A DNA stretch of 64,000 bases. Origin: Octopus sinensis. Lineage: Eukaryota. Position numbers and translations under genes: made by a program. How positions within the stretch are numbered: the stretch's first letter is position 1; each line of letters opens with the position of its first letter. Positions 54,604-64,000 of the stretch are shown one piece after another. The notes beneath the pieces are model-generated. The model was not told where the DNA came from, made no database searches, and saw only the letters and a list, made by a program, of their open reading frames with translations. The DNA lies in assembly GCF_006345805.1 (NCBI RefSeq), contig NC_043005.1, positions 46,314,001-46,378,000 on the forward strand. Reading direction: 5' to 3'.

Positions 54604-54989
54604 ATTATTATTATTATTATTATTATTATTGTTGTTGTTGTTGTTGTTGTTGTTGTCGTCGTCGTCGTTGTTGTTGTTGGTATATGTTTGACTTTTGCTT
54701 TGTATTTGTACAAGTTGACACCAAGTTTCACCCAGAGACCTCAAGAGACAACAACTTAGAAGTTCAAGTTGGTATTATGCCTAAGGTGTCATATATTTGG
54801 TTTTGCATATAGTGTTGTTGTTGAGAATGTTTGTTTGTTTTAAAATTTGCGATTACATAGACAGTATTTTATGTAGAATATGGGCAGTTACCCTGAGCAC
54901 TATCTTTTGAATTTCTGCCCTTTTGGAGTCTCCTGGTATCTGAGCTGTGTAGCAATCAGCCTCATTATGCTATCTTTCCTAGGGCACCT
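54601..54989 (-). mobile_element. R4/Dong-like LINE 3' end with (AAC)n/(TAA)n tail
   Basis: VVIGALGKIA...QIPG....EIQKIVLRVTAHILHKILSM*, then 3' UTR and trinucleotide tail. Confidence 0.78.
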
Positions 54990-55002
54990 ATGACAACAGT
55001 GA

Positions 55003-55128
55003 AGGCGCATGAGTCAGTGGTTAGAGCATCGAGCTTACGATCGTGAGGGTGAGAGTTCGAATCATGGACCGGGCTGCGTATTGTGTTCTTGAGCAAGACA
55101 CTTTATTTCACGTTGCTCCAGTTCAGCT
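55003..55128 (+). mobile_element. SINE family C head
   Basis: Match to 22608-22710. Confidence 0.85.
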
Positions 55129-55129
55129 G

Positions 55130-55500
55130 TCGTCAGCTGGCTAATTTAAACCAAAAAATCGAAGAATTGAGGCCAGAGATTGCCAACGGAGATTGGTTGG
55201 AATCTCTTAACCATCCACCATATTCTCCTGATATTGTGGCATCCAACTACCACCTGTTTTTGTCTCTAAAGAACTCATTGAAAGGAAAAACATTTAACGA
55301 TTTAACATTTAACGATGGAGTCAAAACGTATCTAAACTATTTTTCTTCAAAACCAGTCAAATTTTACGTTGATGGAATATTTAAACCACCTGATAGATGG
55401 GCAAAGGTCCTTAATAATAATGTAAAATATTTCATTGAATAAAATTTATTGAAAGGTCAATTATTTACATCTTTTTGCATATTAAAAACTTACCGGAAGT
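55130..55500 (+). mobile_element. mariner transposase C-terminal fragment
   Basis: LNHPPYSPDIVASNYHLFLSLKNSLKGKTF...FSSKP..FY.DGI.K.PDRW.KV.NN..KY. Confidence 0.9.
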
Positions 55501-55599
55501 GTTACGTATGAGGGTATGTAAACAGAAAAAGGATTAAGCTTGCTAACATTTTAAAGCTATATAATAATCTGCTTGTTCGTTCAACCGTTATACTTTTGT

Positions 55600-56230
55600 T
55601 AGTTAGAGGATTGGAGGTGGCGTGAGTGAGAGGTGGAGTACAATTGAGAGAGAGAGAGAAAGAGAGTATAGTTCTCCTTTCCCTTTCACCGTTCTCTCTC
55701 TCTCACTCTTCCTCCTTGACTCACTCGTTGATCACACGTGACTAACGGCCATTTTCTCTTTCTTCCACTTCCTTCCTAAAGACGTGACGTGCTTTTATCT
55801 ATCTCTTCTCAAAACTCGTTTTTCCGGCGTTCAACACTTCACATCATCTTGACTTAACAACCCTCACCGTTTGTTTTTACTGTTTTGTTCTCACTGTCCT
55901 GTTTTTGTTACCACTTTCACCCTCCGCAAAAAATCCCAAATTTTACTTAATTTGCTTTGCGGGAAGGACTGTTTTAACGTCTTCTCCTTACCTTCGAAAC
56001 ACGGAGTAGGTAAAACAGGGGACAACTGATTAAGGGAATGTTCTTTATGTTGCATGTCTCGCTTCTCTGTTTTTTTTTTCGTTGTTAAAAAAGTTCGTCT
56101 TCTATGTTTTTGTTTTTTATGTTCTCGGTTCACATTTTGGCCACATATTTTTATGTCCTGTACCCATATATGCATGTATATATACATATATATATATATA
56201 TGCAGGTATGTACATATATGTATGTATATA
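55600..56230 (+). repeat. Dispersed non-coding repeat, probably a Penelope-type 3' terminus; related copies at 20296-20380 (+) and 27670-27890 (-)
   Basis: Shared G.GAGTAG..AAACAG...CA.CTG.T.AAG.G..GTTCTTT block followed by T-rich tail. Confidence 0.6.
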
Positions 56231-56311
56231 TGCATATAATTATATATTATTTATATTATTATATGATCGAACGCTACGCATCCCTTTCCAAGTAAGTTTT
56301 ACCTCTCTCTC

Positions 56312-56346
<35 letters not shown>

Positions 56347-56711
56347 CTACACATAAACATACACACTCATATATATGTCATTAGATATATGGAGAGAGTA
56401 AAGAATATTAGAACAAAAGCCATTTACCTGAAAGGGTTTTGGCTTGAGTAGTACTTGCTAACGTTGCTTCTATGAGAAACAGGCAATCATACTACACCAG
56501 CCAACAGTATCAGTCAAGGAGATTGACCCATTTAATTGATGTTCGTAGGCACGTCCTATTAATGAACTTCGAGTGATCGACCGCCATACAGTAGGCTTGA
56601 ATGGCACACTTAGAATGTCGGAATATAATTCCTGCTACTCATTGAGATTACAGACTACGTACTATATCCCATGCCGGTCACGAAGACCGATATATATATA
56701 TATAACCTGTT

Positions 56712-56900
56712 TTGTTGTTTGTTCCTTCTCAAGCCACGCCTGGCTCATTGGGGCCAGTTTCCCGGTTTCCGTGGCGTATAGGTTCCCCACCTGGACGGGA
56801 TGCCGGTCCATCGCAGGTGAGCTGCAAGTTGCAGGATGAAAGAGTGAGTGAAAGTTGTGGCGAAAGAGTCAGCAGAAGTTCGCCATTAACTTCTGCCCTT
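56712..56900 (-). mobile_element. SINE family D-related 3' fragment
   Basis: GAGTGAGTGAAAGTTGTGGCGAAAGAGTCAGCAG block. Confidence 0.65.
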
Positions 56901-57112
56901 GGATTTTAGGTAGATCTTCGACGGCGGGATGTCAGGAAAACCACATCACTATTACAATCCCATTTTATCTTATTTACTTTTCATTTTAGTTATTTTTACT
57001 ATTGTATAATATGTATGCTTCTCTTCTCTGTCTTATTGTATACTGTGTATACTTTCTGTATATTTAAATATATTTTTTCCTCTTATTTCGTTATATGTGA
57101 AACATCAGATAT

Positions 57113-57175
<63 letters not shown>

Positions 57176-57239
57176 ATATATTTATAATATATATAATTAT
57201 ATATATATATATATATAATATATTATATATATATATAAA

Positions 57240-57600
57240 TACTAGCTGAAGGTGACCTGCTCTACGCGCGGGTAAGAGTGTGGTTGTTACTTTCTGTTAC
57301 TTCCTTTCAGCACGTAAAAAGCACCATCCGAACGTGGCGGAATGCAGCACCGCCTTGACTGGCTTTTGTGCTGGTGGCACGTAAAAAGCACCGACCGATC
57401 GTGGCCGCTGCCAGCCCCCTTGGCACCTGTGCCGGCGGCACGAAAAAGCACCCACTACGCTCACAGAGTGGTTGGCGTTAGGAAGAGCATCCACCCGTAG
57501 AAACACTGCCAGATCAGACTGGAGCCTGGTGCAGCCTCCTGGCTTCCCAGACCCCTGTCAAACTGTCCAACCCGTGCTAGCACAGAAACGGACGTTAAAC

Positions 57601-57637
<37 letters not shown>

Positions 57638-58905
57638 CTCCCTCTTTGTTTCTCTCTCCTTTCTCTCTCACTTTGCCACTCTCTTACTCTTCCTTTCTGT
57701 CGGACTCTCCCTCGCTTTCTCTTACTCTCTATCTTTATCTATCTCTCTCCCATTTATAAACAACAAAAGATCTTGAGTAAGTTGAGAAATAAAATATTTA
57801 GAAAGATCAAACATAAATATCAGGCAGTAACAACGGAAAGGTCTGCTTCAAGGCAGACAGCAAAACACTATCTCTGTCACATTCATACGCTACACATGCC
57901 TTTCTCGCTTGTTTTCCATGCTCAGTGTGCCCTTGTAAACACAACTCATCTCTGTAGGACCCTAGGTCGGTCACGCATACATAGAGAAAGTTGTTTGTCC
58001 CTTACAACGCGCCAGCATGCCACACTTTTGTTCCTGCACGACCGAGGCATATAATAGCTCAAGCACTGGCTGGCAGCCTCAGCCTTACCGCATTAATCAC
58101 TGGGATATTCAATACTGTACACTGTATTTCAGCCTAGCAAGCCCTATTGCACTCATGCACCTCTGTTCTGCACGTGTACTCCCTTGTTTTGCAACACGTC
58201 TGCGTCAGCTCAATTCTTCTCCCGACTCAAAGCACTTCGGATGTTCACATGCGCTGCGCTCATGTTTAGGCATAATTTCCCCCTGTTAGACCCCTGTTGG
58301 TCACGTAATTAACAGAGAAAATTATCTGTCTCGCACCCAAGTTGCACCCAAAAAGTGTAAAGAAGCAACCAGTTCCCTTTACGTAACTATCAAAAAGTAT
58401 TAAAAAGTTTAATATACATAAATACAGATATATACACTTTGTATATATGTATTATATATACATATTTATATATAGAACACACACACACACATGTATATAA
58501 ACGCTCGTTGGTGTGTTCTGTTTGTATTTGGTCGATGGGCGTGTTGACAGGTAGACAATAGAATGCGGTGGCGATGGCGATGGAATATTTGTTTCTCTGT
58601 ATAGAGATACATGAGTAAAAATTATGGGAAGCTAAGAGATAGAGTGAGTGAAAATGTTCTTACATTAAATAACGGGAGTGGACTAGCTGAAGGGGAGTGA
58701 GAGGGTAATATAGGAAATAGCGTGAGTGAGGAAGATGGCCCCTAGCAACCACACCTTTTAAGATAGGGATTTCTAAGGTAGCCCACTGGCATCGTCACCT
58801 CATTCTACATGTCCCTGTAAATGTTGGAGCGAATCGGACGGGTCGTAGTGGCATTGAAAACGATCCAAGCGGTAAAAACGCATTTCAGTTTTATATATAG
58901 AGATA
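57240..58905 (+). mobile_element. Probable non-autonomous Helitron/Helentron-type element between (TA)n tracts
   Basis: Starts TACTAGCTG with subterminal hairpin ACCTGC..GCGGGT; ends ...AAATGTTGGAGCGAATCGG...TTTTATATATAGAGAT. Confidence 0.5.
57308..57635 (+). mobile_element. SINE family E 3' part with (GAT)n tail
   Basis: Three GCACG.AAAAAGCACC sub-repeats, GTTGGCGTTAGGAAG.GCATCCA block (Nin-domain-like), CGGACGTTAAAC(GAT)n end. Confidence 0.8.
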
Positions 58906-58923
58906 TATATGTGTATATATATA

Positions 58924-58989
<66 letters not shown>

Positions 58990-59049
58990 ATATATATATT
59001 ATATATATATAATATATATATATATATCTATATATATATATATAATATA

Positions 59050-59098
<49 letters not shown>

Positions 59099-59620
59099 AA
59101 AAAATGAAGTTCGAAAATGCTGCTGTATTATACAATTTTTAATTTTTATATATACATTATAACATGTTTCAGTTACTGAAATGAACCTTATCAAAAAAAG
59201 TTATATATAAAAAAAAAAAAGACAGCTCATGCCGTCAAACAGAAGAAATTCATTTATAATACACAACGGAGTCAGACATCTTAGAGTTCATGTATAGTTG
59301 ATATATAGTTCATGTATAGTTGATATATAGTTTGAAATATATGTTCAAAGTGTTCGATGCAGTGGCACACGGTGGCGATACGTATTCAATACAAAAAACA
59401 GATCAAAGTGGTGGAAAGCGGTCAATACAGAAGATTGATGTTTCCGAAAGAGCGAGGAATTCATTTTTACCTTAAGCAATTGTGATGACCCATGGTGGAT
59501 GTTCGCTGGGTGGTTCTGTGAGTTTTTGTGAAGTGCTCGGTTTTATAATGCCTGTTAGGTGGTCAATCCAGCGTAGCGTGACGTCATCAACGTTCTGACC
59601 AATCGTTTCGTTAGGTGGCT

Positions 59621-59896
59621 TTAGTCAAGTAGAACGGGACGTCATCATTATTTTGACCAATTGCTGCATTATAACTGCCTCTTGTTTGTTTCCTGTTTTG
59701 ACCAGTCGCTTCGTTAGTCAAGTAGAACGGGACGTCATCATTATTTTGACCAATCGCTGCATTATAACTGCCTCTTGTTTGTTTCCTGTTTTGACCAGTC
59801 GCTTCGTTAGTCAAGTAGAACGGGACGTCATCATTATTTTGACCAATCGCTGCATTATAACTGCCTCTTGTTTGTTTCCTGTTTTGACCAGTCGCT
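59621..59896. repeat. Three tandem 93-bp units
   Basis: Units start at 59621, 59714 and 59807; near identical. Confidence 0.95.
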
Positions 59897-59954
59897 TTAT
59901 AAATGAATTTCTTGTGTTTGACGGCATGAGCTGTCTTTTTTTTTTTTATATATA

Positions 59955-60002
59955 ACTTTTTTTGATAAGGTTCATTTCAGGAACTGAAACATGTTATAAT
60001 GT
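59955..60002 (+). ncRNA. Minimal hammerhead motif, U3:A8 variant (inverted copy at 59155-59202)
   Basis: TTGATAA-GGTTC(atttcag)GAACT-GAAA-C-AT-G-TT; palindromic ACATGT stem III; AU-rich imperfect stem I. Confidence 0.6.
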
Positions 60003-60097
60003 ATATATAAAAATTAAAAATTGTATAATACAGCAGCATTTTCGAACTTCATTTTTTACAAATATATACCTACTCGTATACGAGCTAATCCTATTAT

Positions 60098-60242
<145 letters not shown>

Positions 60243-63200
60243 TAATACAAGCAACTAATCTAGACAAATTGACTGAAAAAAGATGGGCCGATCCTCTAGG
60301 AATTGGTGTCGTGTTCAATTCCCAATGGTTCGGCCCATCATTTTTAAAATTTATTATTATTATTATTAGAAATAATAATATATAATTAGAGTTATTATAT
60401 TTCAGAAATTGATAAATATGTGTGTATGTGTGTGTGTTTGTGTGTGTTTGTGCGTGTGTGTGTATGTGTATGTGTGTGTATGCGTGGGTAAGCGCCTGCG
60501 TATGTGTTTTTCTATTTTTGGGACTTTTGTATGTCTCAGTATCTGTATTTCTGTGCACCTGTATAAATTCTTTTAGGAATTTCCTTCTTAAGGGACGAAA
60601 TACAGGAGTCGATATAATATAATACAAATTAACTAAAATCGGTAGAAGTGATGCTGCACTATGGCCATAGCGAAACGACTGAAAATGGTGTAAAGAATAA
60701 AAGAATGCATTCAAAAAAATGTTGTACGATAGCTGAACCTAAGCGAAATATAGAATTTTAATGGAACAGCAACAGTTATTAAAAGATTTCAGCGCATCAG
60801 TTCTAAAAGATTATTAATTAAAAAAATGAATAGTAACTCGACAAAAAGGTTGAAAGGTCAGTCATCACTGGCGGCAGCGAATCTGACAGCATGGCACTTG
60901 CTATTTCCTGCTATCAACAGACTAAAACGCTTTGTGAGAAATTGTTTTTGTATCTTATCTTTCTCTTTATCTCCTGCACTTATGCATGCATACATACATA
61001 CATACATACATACATACATACATACATGCAAACTTACATGCGTACTTACCTACATATACATATAAATACAAGCATATATATATATATATATATATATATT
61101 GATGCACATACACACCACACACACATACACACCACACACACATACACACACATATACATACACATATATATCTACGCATACACCTTTGTGCACATTACAT
61201 TTATTACCTTCAGTTCAGTGCGTCCCTTTCTTACGTACACATCTATATTCATGCATATCTATACACGTGCATACAAACTCATATACATAAATGCTTACAT
61301 ACTACATTCATACTTACTTACTTACCTACACACACACGCAAACACACATATATAAATACGATCATACCATGCATATACATGCTATCATACATATACGACT
61401 GCTTTTATTCAGTTTTCACGGGTGTGTTATTTGTCATGTAAAAGAAATGAATGACAACTAAATAACATTATTATACACGCATAGATGGTTATTGGAACAC
61501 TTAGAAATGTTGATGCTTGTGTATACACTTCCACACATACATAAACAAGCGCATACGCATTCCATAATCATGTTGTACTACAAAAAGCATGCATCAGCAA
61601 ATGCATACACTCACAGTAATACATATATCTAAAAGCTCTCTAAACTTTAATAGCTGGACACATCCGTAAAGACCAAGAATTCATAGTTTGAGTGATAAGT
61701 GTATGTTTGTGTGTGCTAAATAGGTTGTAGAAGTTTATCAAGTTCGTTTCCGGTTAGTTTCATTTCCAACGAGTGTTTACGAAAATGGAATTTAGAAAGA
61801 GTCTGAATCCTATTGAGTTTATGCCCACAATTCTGGCTTTGTGACAGTGATTTGTCAAATACCATATGCTCTAAACCAGGAAAAAAAAGAACTTGGTTCC
61901 GTTCTCTTATTAACTCTTATGTTATGTAGTGGGGTGAGGCTAGCTCATGGCACAGCTGTGAGTGATACAATATTATTTATGCAAGAATGCGATTTATGGT
62001 TGGATAATTAGCTGCCTGGGACTCAAACGGACGTAGTGGACTTGACTGTAATAAATGGCTGACTAAGTGTGTGCCAACGAACTCACTTGTCAAGTCATTA
62101 TACACTGTGATACCCAATGCTGTGATTTAGTAGACAGTCATGTTAACCTTTGAACCTTGACATCCTTAAATCCTTATACTCAGTGTAAACTAGTCTGATG
62201 GCCCATTTGAAAGGTCTTAAGTTGAATCAAGATTGAAACTTCGTTGAACAATGTTGCTTTTGCTTAGCCACTATAACCAACATTTCACCTTTACCAATAT
62301 ATTTTATTGACTTTTATTAAAAGCTTTCTTTCCATTTTTTAGCCTTCAAAACATTTACTCGAATAGAATTCGTATTTACATTACTAAATTCCATTCCTCA
62401 TGTTTACTAATGTTTTTTTTTTGTTTCGATTTATTGTTTGTATTCTGATTATTATTTGTCTGTTCTATCTTGTATTTATATGATATATATATATTTTAGC
62501 AAGATAAATATTTCAGTTCAACAGTAAGTACTACAGAAACAGCAAATAACTGCAAAAGCGAGGATTAAAAAAAAAAATGAAACAGAAATTTGTAAAGGAA
62601 CCAGGAAACCTTTTTCTTTTCTTTTCTTTTTTTTTTTGACATGTCAACGAAAAATAAATATTCAACAATTCACCAACACAGTCATAGTGCAACAGAAAGT
62701 CTGATTCTGAAACAGGGAAATTAGCTTATTGTTATTGGAATTAATGGCAATTTTTGTATTGTTTATGAATTATTGCTGTAAAACGTTATTGCATTATGAA
62801 TGCTATCGACATTGTGTACAATAATGACAACATACGTATGTATATACGTGTGCGTGTGTTGATATATATATATATATATGCGTATATATACATACACATA
62901 TACATACATACATTGTCGTAAAAGTTCACGTTCTTAAAAGATTCAGTCTCTGTGAAAACTAGTTATATACAGTATAAAATTCATTGTGTTGGTGTGTGTA
63001 CCTTTATAAAATGATACAGCTCGGGGAAAAGAAAGCAAAAAAAAAAAAAAGTAAAACCTTGTTTGAGGGTGATAAGCAGCTGAGAGGAAGCGAGTTGTCG
63101 AAAAAGGGAGTTATGAAGAATGGCAGTTGATGATGGCGGTGAGTAAAGGGGAACGGAGGCAAGTGTGTGTGTGTGTGTATGTATGTGTGTGTATGGGGTT

Positions 63201-63542
63201 GAATGTACAAAAGAATTGGTAAATCGCTCTTTTGTAGTTTAGTTTTCCCGATTGTAACCATCTTTCTAACCCAGTAAGTTATATTTGTCAAAGCTGACAG
63301 CAAAATATTATCTACCAAGTGATGTTCATAAATTCTCCTAGAATTGAAAAAAGCTCCTTTATCTCCGTTTTTTGTTGCGTTAAGTGGATAAGAGACATAT
63401 CACCCATTCATGGATAGAACGCGGATCTATAGAATCTCATTTCTCCCTGAAACCCTGATGGTTAAAATCACATCGGAAATGATTCCGATTGCGAGACTTT
63501 TACAGCGGAAAATCAGATATATCCACCCAAGACTTACATTAC

Positions 63543-63952
63543 TTATTTCTTTACTACCCACAAGGGGCTAAACACAGAGAGGACAATCACGGACAGACAA
63601 ACGGATTAAGTCGATTATATCGACCCCAGTGCGTAACTGGTACTTATTTAATCGACCCCGAAAGGATGAAAGGTAAAGTCGACCTCGGCGGAATTTGAAC
63701 TCAGAGCGTAACAGCAGACGAAATACCTATTTTTTTACTACCCACAAGAGGCTAAACACAGAGAAGACAAACACGGACAGACAAACGGATTAAGTCGATT
63801 ATATCGACCCCAGTGCGTAACTGGTACTTATTTAATCGATCCCCGAAAGGATGAAAGGCAAAGTCGACCTCGGCGAAATTTGAACTCAGAACGTAACGGC
63901 AGACGAAATACCGCAAAACATTTCGCCCGGCGTGCTAACGATTCTGCCAGAT
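63543..63952 (-). mobile_element. Tandem SINE family A dimer
   Basis: Reverse complement of the 28863-29243 architecture. Confidence 0.9.
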
Positions 63953-64000
63953 CGTTCCCTCAACTGCAGAAAGTTTTATATACCAGTCTGTCTTTTGTTG

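Larger units (their letters stand above)
59090..60068. mobile_element. About 980-bp non-coding element with about 170-bp terminal inverted repeats, each containing an HHR motif
   Basis: 59090-59259 is the near-perfect reverse complement of 59897-60068; flanked by (TA)n. Confidence 0.88.

Noticed and set aside
59621-59896. CRISPR-like array
   Set aside because: Units are contiguous near-identical 93-mers with no unique spacers, in a eukaryotic context

Overview
AT-rich, microsatellite-saturated eukaryotic DNA. It is most consistent with an octopod cephalopod, inferred from the SINE types and (TA)n/(TACA)n/(TAGA)n density rather than from a search. No intact host protein-coding gene is supportable; nearly all listed ORFs are microsatellite translations. 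The window holds decayed transposons: about 30 tRNA-derived SINE copies in five sequence families, Tc1/mariner and pogo-like transposases, RTE and R4/Dong-like LINE ends, a probable Helitron-type non-autonomous element, and four Penelope-like (RT/GIY-YIG) fragments. The most interesting signal is a set of hammerhead-ribozyme (HHR) motifs at Penelope-type termini. Several have the compensatory U3:A8 core (UUGANAA instead of CUGANGA). Two non-coding, (TA)n-embedded inverted-repeat elements (17.2-19.7 kb, 59.1-60.1 kb) carry an outward-facing HHR in each arm, and two further fold-back elements occur at 25.7 and 38.6 kb. A pre-miRNA-like hairpin lies at 3.5 kb. All assignments are by eye and element boundaries are approximate.
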